Shown: positions 1 through 11,380, numbered from the whole stretch's first letter. The stretch: DNA of 63,754 nt, filler included, from Ministeria vibrans ATCC 50519 (GCA_943704425.1; 14 parts of 14 records of this genome joined end to end with filler, not necessarily neighbours in it), one strand, 5' to 3'. A program made the numbers and translations. The notes: generated by a model not told the origin, from the letters alone.

Positions 1-194
1 ATTTTATTAATCAACTATAAGGTGTGTTTGAAAATTATATGCATGCCTTTTTTGATCAGCCATGATTAAAATATTCTCTCAATTGCTTTGTTGATTTGTT
101 GAATTCATTCTGTCTCATTCATTTTTTGACCCATTTCATCTCATACTTGAAATAAAGCTTAAAACTAATTTTTACTTGAATTTTATTTGATCGT

Positions 195-634
195 TTATTC
201 AGTGTTGGGAGTGAGTGACAAAAGAGCCTTGGGGGGAGAAGGGTGGTAGCCGCTGAGGGAGAGGGGATGATCGTGGTCAAAGACGGCGTACGTGGCAAAA
301 GGAGACTGGTCGAGTGCATCGGGCTGAAGCAGGAGCAGCGAGAGACACGGAATGGAGATGGAGGAGTAGCGGGCAATGGTGGCGGCAAGATGAGAGCGGG
401 CAGTGGCACACTGGCCGGTGTGAGGCGAGTCATTGGTGAAGAAGGAGCCCCAGTGGGGAGAGTAGAGGTAGGTGGGGGCAATGAGGTCGTCGCGGTCGGG
501 GTTGAAAGGGTTGTTGGGGGGTGGAGAGGGGATAGTGTCGGTGAGAGGGATGGAGGCGGTGGAGGTAAACTAAGAAGTTGGTGTGTGAGTGGACGAGTGA
601 TTCATTTAGTGTGAGTGGGTGAGTGACTCATTTG

Positions 635-709
<75 letters not shown>

Positions 710-2360
710 TGTAGCTTCTTACCCATTGTGAATCATCGAGTCGTTCAAGAGGAGCCGAATGTGAGGTCAAGTGGTTCGTTTCAATGGTCAAATGGGTCTC
801 ATTGGGATCCTTTGAAGACACACTCACGTAACAATCGTCTGTAATTTCCTCGACAACACTGATTGTATGCCAGTTTGCGTGCACATGCGACACAACAACA
901 TCTGAAACAAAAGAGTGAGGGTGCGTATAAACGGAGTGTTTTGGGTGTTTGCGTCCTACCAGAGTGAATGTTATCACCAACGTAAGCAACTTTAAGATCC
1001 TTTGGACTCTCAACTGACTCCTCAAAGAACCGTTCGAGTTCCGTCTGATTACCCGCAGAGAAGACGGGCAAACGTTGTTGTGGTGGTGATTGCGGCTGAG
1101 CGGGGAAGGGAGGGAGAGAGGCAATGGGAGTGGCGTTGCGAGTGTGGGTGTGCGGTTCAAGCGTGTAGAAGGGATTCGTGCCAGTAAAGAATGCTAAGAG
1201 TACGGAAAGAGAAAGAATGAGTTTGTAAGTATGTTTGAGAAAAGATTTTTGTCTCTCTCCTTGTTGTGTGTCTCATTTAATATTCCCTTACTCTCAATCT
1301 CATTCTCATTTTCTCACTCCTATTCTAATGAATATTGTCTCATTCGTGTCTCTCAATCCCATTCTCATTTTCTCACTCCTATTCTAATGAATATTGTCTT
1401 TTTCGTGTCTCTCAATCCCATTCTCATTTTCTCACTCCTATTCAGTCTCTCTTCTCAAAGTTGCATCATCTTCACTCGACAGTCATTCTCTCTCAAACAT
1501 TTTAACGTCAAAGTGTCTATCCCACACAATCAAACTCATTTATCATTCTCAAGCTTCAGTCTCACAATACACAATAATAAATGAAAATAAAATTAATATT
1601 AATAATTAAATATCTCCCTCTCACTCCACTCCACTCCACACACACACACACACACGTGCACACAAACACAATCGACCAAACATCATAATTTGCTCTTACT
1701 TGGCTTTTGCGCATGAACAACCACCAAATCAAAGAGATCTCTCCAGTTACTTCCAAAAGCAGCATCCATCAAGAGATAGGAGTAGTCGGCGAAGGAGTTG
1801 GTCATGAGCCAAATGCGTGTAGACGGGTGTGCGGTACGGTGAGACTGCAGAAATGTGTGAAGGGTCGTGCGCGGGTAGATGTAGTGCAGAGGGTCGCGCT
1901 GGGAAAGACGACATGTTGAAGGTAAGTGACTTGATTACGTTGTTCTGTGAGATGTGTTGATAGTTTAGGGTGCTTGACGTGTGCAGGGGGGTAAAAAGTG
2001 AGTGAGTTGAGTGTTTGCGTGTGTGTCGGGGAAGAGTTTGAGCAACACGATGAACGAGAAGAACACCACGACGATTGAGTACTTTGATGGCGGGAAAGTA
2101 GGGTCCTTTGTCGAGCGCAAAGTTCTCCGGATCAAAATTGTAACCAAAGGCGTCAAAGAGATCGCGAAAGAGCGACGACGTGTCAATCTCAGGGACAGTC
2201 GCATTGTCTATAGAGAGTATGAGCGGGGAAAAATCTCAGTCCAACATTTTGTGCGCAAGTACCTTGAGTGAAGGAGGTGAGGGAATCGACAACGCGCGCA
2301 CAGATGAGAGCGGCCGGTCGGTCAAAGTGAGTGGTGAAGTAGAAGAAACGCGAGGATCGT
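195..2360 (-). CDS. NT5DC1: 5'-nucleotidase domain-containing protein (NT5DC1-like HAD hydrolase), multi-exon, 5'-truncated
   Basis: Spliced minus-strand exons give FGYNFDPENFALDKGPYFP, IWLMTNSFADYSYLLMDAAFGSNWRDLFDLVVVHAQKP, VAYVGDNIHS|DVVVSHVHANWHTISVVEE and a C-terminal WGSFF...GYHPSPPKAL; TAA at 195-197. These match NT5DC1 motifs. Confidence 0.85.
1291..1443. repeat. Intronic tandem repeat, ~59-bp unit x ~2.6
   Basis: tctcaatcccattctcattttctcactcctattctaatgaatattgtct recurs head to tail. Confidence 0.85.
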
Positions 2361-2460
2361 NNNNNNNNNNNNNNNNNNNNNNNNNNNNNNNNNNNNNNNN
2401 NNNNTTAATTAATTAANNNNNNNNNNNNNNNNNNNNNNNNNNNNNNNNNNNNNNNNNNNN
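2361..2460. other. Artificial contig linker (N-run/TTAATTAATTAA/N-run); same linker at about 4023, 5515, 7954, 11020, 32982, 35186, 46907, 54681, 56006, 57713, 59200, 61120
   Basis: Identical 100-nt spacer with stops in all six frames, repeated 13 times. Confidence 0.99.
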
Positions 2461-3191
2461 TTATGTTTTATCTAACACTAATAGTAATATTAGTTGGATG
2501 ATTCTTAGCATTTATAGTTTTAAATTAGTTCTGCGCGCAAGCCAAGCGGCGCCTCTTCTACGCCTCCTGCTCTCTGCCTGTCCCGTGCAATTGATGGACA
2601 TGCCAAATCCTGCCAAGCGCCTCCGCCCCACCCCCTCCTAATGCTCAGACCGCGCCCCTCCTTCCATCGAATTTTTTTTTTCTTTTTTTAAAAAAACTGC
2701 TCTTGGCCTGACGGCTTCTGTGCGTCTGCCTGCCGCGCTGCACCCCGCCGGCTGGGATTGTATGGGTGGTGTGGAGGCCTGCGTTGCATGGCTGGCCGGC
2801 CTAGCACGCTCGCAAGATGGACGGGGTTTGGGTCGCTCTCTCTCTTTTCGTTATCTGCCTACCCCCCACACCAAAACCACAGTGGCATTCTGCGGCAATG
2901 GTCCCTCCCGTGGATCACATTGTCTGCACTGGGCTGCCTTGACTCCATCCGGCTTGTGCGCTTGCCCAGATTCTCGCAAGAGACGACTCTGCTCTCCGTT
3001 TTCACGTCATCAACCGACACCTAAAAAAAACGCTTGTCGACTTCGTCATCGCCTTGCGCTTGCACGCCGCATGCTGCACACCGCCTTTTGAGTGTTGCAC
3101 CCCAAGCATGCGCTTTGTATGCGCCTTCCCTTTTTGTGTGGTGGTCGATTGCGATGAAACAGTGCCCCAATCTGATGTGTTGTGTGTGTAG

Positions 3192-3747
3192 ACGGGCGAG
3201 TCAAGAATGCAAGAGTTGCAACGCCAAGAAGATGAACATAATGCAAAGGCGGCGGCCGAGGCCGAGGAGAAAGAGGCTGCGGAAAAGGCAGCAGTGGTGG
3301 AGAAGGCAGCCGCAGCGGAAAAGGAGGCGGCTGCAGCGGCGGAGGCTGCCAAGGCAAAGACAAGCGCGAGTGCGCCACACGACGACGAAAAGCACGACGA
3401 AGTTGTGCCGAACGCCGAAGCGAAGCCTATTGTTTCGGCCGACGTGAAGATCCTCGTTGTCTTGTGGGACTATGCGCCTCGCACGAAAGAAGACCTCAAG
3501 GCGACCAAGGGTGAGCGACTGCGACTCATCAACGACAGCGATGCCGACTGGTAAGAGTAGCACAATATTCTTCGTGTGCCCTCGCTCAGTACTTGTGCGA
3601 ATTCATTAGAACAAACCTATTTTTAATTATAATCTTGGCTCTTTCTTTTCTGTTATGCAGGTGGCGATGTCAATGTCTCACTACTCAAAAGGTCGGTTAC
3701 ATTCCGGCGACGTATCTTGCGCCTGCAGAGTCCCTGAAGAAGGAGGA
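3192..3747 (+). CDS. Src-family tyrosine kinase, N-terminal fragment (Ala/Glu/Lys-rich region + SH3); start exon uncertain, 3'-truncated
   Basis: Exons 3192-3550 and 3661-3747 give VVLWDYAPRTKEDLKATKGERLRLINDSDADW|WRCQCLTTQKVGYIPATYLAPAESLKKEE, an SH3 plus the Src-type linker preceding the SH2 Trp. SH2 and kinase domains are not in the contig. Confidence 0.75.
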
Positions 3748-3861
3748 GTAAGAATCTTTTTGGAATAGGAGGAATGTGACTCATGTTCTTCTTTTTCTTT
3801 AATCACTTTGTTTCTTACTGTATCTTACTTTTTTGTCATTTTGTTTTCGTTTCCTTCTCTC

Positions 3862-4022
3862 TCTATCACTTATCTCCCTCCTCTCTCTCTATCACTTTGT
3901 TTCTATCTCCCTCCTCTCTCTATCACTTTGTTTCTATCTCCCTCCTCTCTCTATCACTTTGTTTCTATCTCCCTCCTCTCTCTATCACTTTGTTTCTATC
4001 TCCCTCCTCTCTCTATCACTTT
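3862..4022 (+). repeat. Intronic 31-bp tandem repeat (ctatcactttgtttctatctccctcctctct)n
   Basis: At least 4 full copies, running into the contig end. Confidence 0.95.
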
Positions 4023-4122
4023 NNNNNNNNNNNNNNNNNNNNNNNNNNNNNNNNNNNNNNNNNNNNTTAATTAATTAANNNNNNNNNNNNNNNNNNNNNN
4101 NNNNNNNNNNNNNNNNNNNNNN

Positions 4123-5514
4123 GAATTGACACCGTCAACACAGGTGCCACCGCTAAAGCACGGGTTGGAGGCGCACTCGTTGTTGTTGGTGGCACAAGCG
4201 GTGCCCGAGAAACCTGGCACACAAATGCAAGAGTAGCCGTTGATTGAATCTTGGCAAGTGCCTCCATTTCGACAGGGATTCGACGCGCACTCGTCTACGT
4301 TCGTTTGACATAGATTCCCCGTAAAGCCAGTCACACAAGAGCAGGTAAAGCGATTGAGGATGTCGTTGCAAGTACCAGCATTCTGGCAAGGGCAAGATTG
4401 ACACTCGTCAATGTCTGTCTGGCACTCCGTGCCAGTGTAGCCTGGCACACAAGTACACATGTAGGAGCCAACGTTGTTGGAGCAGGCCGCGCCGTTACGA
4501 CATGGGTTCGAGGCACACTCGTTGATGTCGGTTTGACACTGTGTGCCGGTGTAGCCCGTGACGCAACTGCAGGTAAATTTGCCCGAGAGATTGGCACAGG
4601 TGCCGCCGTTGAAACAAGGACGGGAATCACACTCGTTGATGTCGGTCTGGCACTGTGTGCCGGTGTAGCCTGTGACGCAAGTGCATTGAAATTTGTTCAC
4701 TTGGTCGACACATGTACCAGCATTCTGACACGGGTTGGACGCACACTCGTTGACGTTAGTTTGACACAGAGTGCCTGTGTAGCCTGCGACACACGAACAC
4801 AAGAAACTGTTGACTCCGTCACGGCAAGTGGCACCGTTGTGACAGGGATTGGAGGCGCACTCGTTGATGTTAGTGCTGCACGTGGTTCCGGAGAAGCCCA
4901 GAGCACAGGTGCACACAAAGCTCGCGAGTTTGTCGGTGCAAGTGGCGCCGTTTTGACAGGGATTGGAGGCACACTCGTTGATTTCGGTTTGACAGAGGGA
5001 GCCAGTGTAGCCGGCGGGACAGGCACAACACTCGAGACCCGTCAACTTGATGGTCATGTAAGAGCCTGGGCACACCAAGCTTCCAACCAACGCGCTTGCT
5101 GTTGCCGTAAATGTGAGAGAGTCACTTGTGATCATGGTGTTGATAGTGCTTTGATCGTAGTAGAGCGTTTGCGTGTAGGCTTGGCATTGAATCTCGTTTC
5201 CCGTGTCAAACACATTGGCATGAAACGTGCCTGCAGTAAGAGCTACATACTCTGGGTTAGTCCCTGTCGTCTCACCATCCAAGTCCCCGAGTGCAGTCAA
5301 GGCCAGCTCGGCGCCGCCTGAGCATGAGGTGTAGGCACCAAAGGCAAAAGTGAGTGTGTTCCCCGTGTACAAATTGAAGTTGGGGCCACGGGTGATGGGC
5401 GTTGGATCAGTACACGTTCCGCCATTCTGACACTGGCATGTGGGAAGAATGGCAGTTGAACAAGTGGCGCCCATGTAGGCGCCGACACAGCTGCACACAT
5501 TGGAGCGATACAGG
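4123..5514 (-). CDS. Notch/fibropellin-like EGF-repeat protein fragment: one split EGF with a 127-aa insert, then 7 complete and 1 partial Ca-binding EGFs
   Basis: Open frame across the contig with repeated [D/N]INECASNPCQNGxTC...CxCxxGYTGxxC units; both ends truncated. Confidence 0.92.
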
Positions 5515-5639
5515 NNNNNNNNNNNNNNNNNNNNNNNNNNNNNNNNNNNNNNNNNNNNTTAATTAATTAANNNNNNNNNNNNNNNNNNNNNNNNNNNNNN
5601 NNNNNNNNNNNNNNTTTTTTTTTTTTTTTTTTTTTCAAA

Positions 5640-6720
5640 GGCTTTCAGCAAGAACATCAAGCTTGGAATCCACGAGGACAGCGTCAACCGTAGCAAGCTC
5701 GCTGAGCTTCTCCGCTACCACACCAGCAAGTCGGGTGAGGAGATGGTCGCACTCAAGGCATACGTCGAGCGCATGCCCGAGTGGCAGAAGAACATTTACT
5801 ACATCACCGGCGAGAGCAAGACCTCCGTCGCCACCAGCCCCTTCGTCGAGAAGTGCAAGCAGAAGGGTATCGAGGTGCTCTACCTCGTCGACCCCATCGA
5901 TGAGTACGCCGTGCAGCAGCTCAAGGAGTACGAGTCCAAGAAGCTCATCAACCTGAGCAAGGAGGGCGTAAGTTGCAAAAAAAAAAAAACCTTTTGGATT
6001 TTTTATTCAATTTTTCTTCTTTTCTTTTTACATAGGACCTCGAGGACTCGGACGAGGAGAAGAAGAAGCTTGAGGAGGACAAGACTCGTCTTGAGGGTCT
6101 GTGCAAGGCCGTCAAGGAGATCCTCGGCGACAAGATTGAGAAGTGCCAGGTCTCCAACCGCATTGTTGCATCGCCCTGCGTCCTTGTCACCGGCCAGTAC
6201 GGCTGGTCCGCCAACATGGAGCGTATCATGAAGGCTCAGGCTCTCCGTGACAGCTCTTCCATGTCGGTAAGAAGACGTTATTATTATTGTTTGTTGTTGT
6301 TGTTGTTGTTGTTGTACTTGTTGTTGTACTTGTTGTTGCCAGTCGTTAATTTGTTTTGTTTCTTTTTCATTTCTGATCTTTTTTTTTCTTCTCCTTTTGT
6401 AGTACATGTCGTCAAAGAAGACTCTCGAGATCAACCCCGCCAACGGTATCATCAACGAGCTTAACAAGCGCTCCGAGACCGACGCCGGCGAGAAGAGCTT
6501 CAAGGACCTCGTGAACCTGCTCTACGACACGTCGCTCGTCAGCAGCGGCTTCTCCCTCGACGACCCTTCGCTCTTTGCCGGCAGAATTCACCGCATGATC
6601 AAGCTCGGTCTGTCCATTGACGATGTCGAGGAGGAGGCTGCCGCCGCTGCCGCCAGCGACGACACTGCCGCCGCCGAGGCCGAGGCACCCGCCGACACCT
6701 CCATGGAGGACGTCGACTAA
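5640..6720 (+). CDS. HSP90: Cytosolic heat shock protein 90, 3' part (3 exons visible)
   Basis: [62 protein letters not shown]; ends MEDVD*. Introns ~5968-6036 and ~6267-6402. Confidence 0.98.
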
Positions 6721-7001
6721 GCCCCTTTTGAGACTGTGTGTGTGTGTGTTTTTTCAAGCTGCTCCCTCCCCTCTCAACAAACAAATAAAATTTACCGTAT
6801 ACAAACCCAAAGAAACTACCAAGAAGACAGAGAAACAGAGAAGACACTAGTCGTATGTAGAAACAAGCTTTAGTCTGTGATTTCATCAATAGTGCAAAAT
6901 AATTAGTAATATTAATTCATTTCATCTTAACTCTCTTACTAGTCAAATTCAATACTCGTGAACGGTGAAACCATTTTTTTTTCACCCCCTTTAATTACGC
7001 G

Positions 7002-7721
7002 ATGTGCACCAGACTCGCGCTCGTCACCACGCTTATTCTAGTCACACTCATTCCCTTGGGCGATTCGGTCTCCGAATTCCAATTCGCTTCGTACACAGTG
7101 ACGCAGAGGGCGCTCGACGGTACACAGACGACATTTCGAAAAGCAGTGTGTTGTGAACTCCTTGTGCACAGATGCCCCCACGAGGTATTCGAGGTTCCTT
7201 CAAGACGCCCTCGATGCGGCCGCCGGTATACCACTGCCTGACGCGAACGATGGCGGCAGCGGGTGTCGCGTTCAATGGGAGATCGACGGAACAAAGGTAT
7301 GCAACCTGTCGCGCAACACACTCTCACTGTCTCACGCGCACAGGCCGTCAAAACGTTCACCATTGTCCCTGGCACCCTTCAAGTGACCATATTAAACACC
7401 ACCTCGATCAGGGTGTATGGCGTCACGTCCGTCGTCCTCAACGTGCCCGTCTACCTCAAGGCCTGCAAACGGTTCATCTTCTGCTTTTGCCACAGCACCT
7501 GCGACAACTCCAAGATGACCTCGGTGACCACAACTGCCTCCATTACGGCCGATCTCACGCTCAAGCTTGACACAAAGTCCGGAGTGCTTACAGTCACACC
7601 CGTTGTGTCCATCTCCTTTGCTGCTTTCGACATTGAGGGTTGCAACTTTGGCGGCTTCTTAGGTTGGCTCTTTGGCGTCAAAAAGCGCGTTACTACCGCT
7701 CTTGAGAATCTAATTGTACAG
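7002..7721 (+). CDS. Secreted BPI/LBP (TULIP)-like lipid-binding protein, 3'-truncated
   Basis: Signal peptide, then TVTQRALD and GIPLPD resembling the BPI N-terminal ITxxGLD...IxIPD pattern; beta-rich body ending in an amphipathic helix (FLGWLFGVKKRVTTALENLI); two short GT-AG introns. Confidence 0.5.
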
Positions 7722-7872
7722 GTATGCCTAAAAGGTTTAAAAGGAGGTGAAGCAAAGCCACTCTTAGCATCATCATAATAATAATAGAGAATAGACGGTA
7801 GACGTAGACGTATAATAGACATAATAATTATTATTATAATAATAGACAATCATTATTATAATAATAATAATA

Positions 7873-7953
<81 letters not shown>

Positions 7954-8545
7954 NNNNNNNNNNNNNNNNNNNNNNNNNNNNNNNNNNNNNNNNNNNNTTA
8001 ATTAATTAANNNNNNNNNNNNNNNNNNNNNNNNNNNNNNNNNNNNNNNNNNNNTTTTCGTCTAATCGGCGTTAGGCGAACGCAGCGCTGCGTGGGCTCTG
8101 TTTTGCAGGGCCGTCACGCTTCACCGTGTCCAATCTAATGCTTCAAGTCGTTCTTTTTAAAGTGTTTTTTGCTTTAGATTTCTCCTGGAAGAGTTCTTTT
8201 CACTCTCCCCATGAAGAAGGCCAGGGGTTGTGGAGGGTGTGCGTGTTGTGTTGCGTGTTTGTTTGTAAGGGAAAGGATTGAAAGAAAAATTGTGCAAGTC
8301 ACATTTTGGGATATGGAAATGGGTTTGGATTGAATGTGTCGTGGCAAAGGGTGGCGTTTGAGGAATGGTGTCCGTGAGTGTGTTTAATGGGAGATACTGT
8401 CGTGTATGAGATTAGTGGTTTGGAATTTAGTGTGTATTCTGGCACGTGGCGTGAGGTGATCAAATTATTTATCAGCGACTTCATGACCAAAATAATAAAA
8501 ATATCAAGTCGTCGATTCACTACGTCTTGTCTTCTTCTTCACTAC

Positions 8546-9106
8546 TTAGCGCCAGTAGTGGTACGTTTGACTACCCTCATGGTAGAACACCTTCATCGAA
8601 CCGCCCGGATTTGGCTTGTTCGGCACAGTGGCTGCCTTTGCCTTTGTCTTTGCGGTGCGACGGCCTTCCGCCACAGCAATGGTTATGTCCTTGAAGAGCC
8701 GGTTGAGCTCGTCGTCCTCGCGGATGCACAGCTGCAGATGCCGCGGGATGATCCGCTTCTTCTTGTTCGCACGCGCTGCATTGCCGCCCAGCTCTAGCAG
8801 CTACTCGCACACATCCCGTCCCGAATGTGTTGAAGACGGAAAACGGAGCGAAACGGAGTGTAAAACGGAGATAAGTTCCTTGACAACGCCCACAAAAATC
8901 CCCTTAAACTTAAACCGGACACCCCCGCTCACCTCGGCCGCAAGGTACTCAAGCACCGCTGCAAGATAGACCGGCGCCGCCCCCGAGATGCGTCCCGTTA
9001 GCTTTCGTTGTTTCAGCTGACGATGAACTCGACCCACAGGAAATTGAAGGCCCGCCCTCGACGATCGCGAGCGAGGAGCCTGACGTGCACCGCCTGGTCG
9101 ACCCAT
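8546..9106 (-). CDS. H2A: Histone H2A variant with divergent C-terminus (142 aa, one intron 8932-8801)
   Basis: [32 protein letters not shown]|[42 protein letters not shown]; TAA at 8546-8548. Confidence 0.95.
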
Positions 9107-9210
9107 GGCTTGATGGCTACAGAATAGAAAGGAAGAGAGACAATAATGAGACGTCGTAATCTGTAATCTCAATTGAACTCAAAAAGGTTTATTTATATTT
9201 ATTTTTCACA

Positions 9211-10723
9211 ATGACGATTGTCGTTTGCCTTTTCGTCGCATTCATTGGTACCTGTATCGATGCAACACCGCTGAATGTGTTGCACATTGTCGTGGATGAT
9301 CTAAGACCGGATTTGGGCGCGTACGGCCATCCCTTTGTGCACAGCCCAAACTTTGACGCGCTCGCTGCCGAGAGCACTCTTTTCAACCGTGCCTACGCCC
9401 AGTACTCCTTCTGTGCGCCGTCGCGAAACTCGTACGTGCAACGTTGTGGACGAAATGACCGCAGAGGGACTAAGTGAGCGATCTTTGCTTGACCGTGTCT
9501 GCAGATTCATGTCGGGCCGTCGCCCCGACCGCACGCAAGTCTGGAACTTCATCGACTCGTTTCGCGAGCCTCAGTCGGGTCTCAACTGGACCTCGCTGCC
9601 CGAGTTTTTCAAAAAAGCGGGCTATTTGTCGCTGGGCGCGGGCAAGATGGTAATCTTTCCTAACCCTAACCCTAACCCTAACCCTAACCCTAACTCATTT
9701 CCCTTTGTGCTAGTTCCATCCAGATGTTCCCGCGGTAAAGTCATATAGATATATTTCATATTTGCGCTAACGCATAATTATTCTTTGCAGTCCTTTGATT
9801 ACCCTCACTCGTGGACAACGGTAAGCATCTAAGTAGCCACATAGAAAATTACTACAATAAGAAAAATAATTAATAGAGCATCAAGAGCTGTACTCAATGT
9901 CAAAACAAGACATACAAAACAAAAAGCAGCACAATACTTCCGCCGTAGACTTCAAATTACTACAATAATCAAAATTATATTGCGCTATATAGGAACACAA
10001 ATACATTTGTCCAGGCATTTGCAAACCCAAATGGCAAAACTCTTTCTGTCCCATTGCACTCGATGGTTGTTATGTGGGAGTGAAAGAAGGGTACAAAGAC
10101 AGAATACAAAGAATACGTCACTAACTCTCAATCACAAACGAAACTAACACGTCATTGCTTTTATCTTTATTCTTCTTTTCTGCAGTGCTGGTGATAAAAG
10201 CTGGTGTTCCATTGACGAAAAAAAATTGTTTGGCATTCCGCTGCTTGACCAATCAGTCGCCGATTCAACGCTCAAACATTTCGACTTGGCTCAGCAGCAA
10301 AACCAAACGTTTTACATTGGCTGTGGATTCCACAAAGTACGACGGTTGGAACACACACACACATTTTCCCATTTACGATCCCTCCCAAACGTGAAACAAC
10401 ACCAATACGAAGAGTGATTTTGATTCAATGTATTTTCTACTTTTATAGCCTCATCTTCCTTTTGCGGCTCCCTCACAATTTTACGATTTGTATCCCAAAG
10501 CGGACCAAATTGCTCTGCCAAAACACAGATTGGTCGCAACAAACGCGCCAGGTAAAAAAAAAAAATTAATTGGTATGTGTGTTGAAAGTGAGTTTTGTGT
10601 GAATTAGATGCGGCGTGGCATCCGGGAGGGATGAACAATACGTTTACGGTGGCAACGCCAGAGAGGGAGGCACAGGAACTTCGCAGGGCGTACTATGCGG
10701 CGGTGTCGGTGCGGGACTGTGTC

Positions 10724-10768
<45 letters not shown>

Positions 10769-11019
10769 GTGTCTTTGTGATGTGTCTTTGTTGTGCGTGT
10801 TTGTGGTGTGTATGTCATTGTGTTGTCATTGTGTTGTCATTGTGTTGTCACTGTGATTGATTGTATTGTATGCATATGTGTTGTTAGTGGACTGATTCGC
10901 AGATTGGACGAGTGATTGCGGGTCTCAAGGAGCGCAATTTATGGGACAACACGGTTGTCGCCCTCCACGGAGACCACGGGTGGAACTTGGTAATAACCAA
11001 TGAGTACCCTATCCCTTAT
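9211..11019 (+). CDS. IDS: Iduronate-2-sulfatase-like Cys-type sulfatase, multi-exon, 3'-truncated
   Basis: Signal peptide, [25 protein letters not shown]|FMSGRRPD (formylglycine motif), GAGKM|FHP, GFHK|[22 protein letters not shown]. Confidence 0.92.
9659..9694 (+). repeat. Interstitial telomeric-type repeat (CCCTAA)x~6 inside a 63-nt intron
   Basis: cctaaccctaaccctaaccctaaccctaaccctaac between donor GTAATC (9650) and acceptor TAG (9712). Confidence 0.9.
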
Positions 11020-11139
11020 NNNNNNNNNNNNNNNNNNNNNNNNNNNNNNNNNNNNNNNNNNNNTTAATTAATTAANNNNNNNNNNNNNNNNNNNNNNNNN
11101 NNNNNNNNNNNNNNNNNNNAAAAAAAAAAAAAAAAAAAA

Positions 11140-11380
11140 AAACAAGTCTTGAGCGCTCACAACAAAGTCAGCGTCACTCCTCTTCTGCTGGGCTTGCCAT
11201 TTGGCATAACTAAGCACTGCTTCAGCAGCAAAGGCAACGAGACGCACTGAGATGTCCAGCAAGTCCACAGCGTCCACTTGGTTGCTAGGCGACACATCCA
11301 CATCATACCATCGCTTCTAGTTTCCGATTCGCCTCGTTTGCAACCATCGGGAACATCTCCTCCTCGTTCAACGATCCCAT
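11140..11380 (-). CDS. Hypothetical protein fragment with a weak histone-fold-like (TAF13/Spt3-type) helical pattern
   Basis: NQVDAVDLLDISVRLVAFAAEAVLSYAKWQAQQKRSDADFVVSAQDL; exon structure unresolved; truncated at the contig end. Confidence 0.25.

Noticed and set aside
2361-2460. Recurrent TTAATTAATTAA flanked by N-runs, resembling a repeat or array
   Set aside because: Artificial six-frame-stop contig linker. Adjacency across linkers has no biological meaning, so no cross-contig gene clusters were inferred.
4123-5514. Calling the EGF protein Notch
   Set aside because: No LNR, TM or ankyrin domains are visible, and EGF arrays alone are not diagnostic.
6703-6720. Hsp90 ending MEDVD instead of MEEVD, and a one-residue-short junction at the first visible intron
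   Set aside because: Conservative variation; canonical GT-AG splicing keeps the frame, so there is no evidence of unusual splicing.
9993-10200. Apparent in-frame TGA in IDS suggesting recoding
   Set aside because: A phase-2 donor at ~10092 (GG|GTACAA) restores an open frame; all three stop codons end other genes normally.
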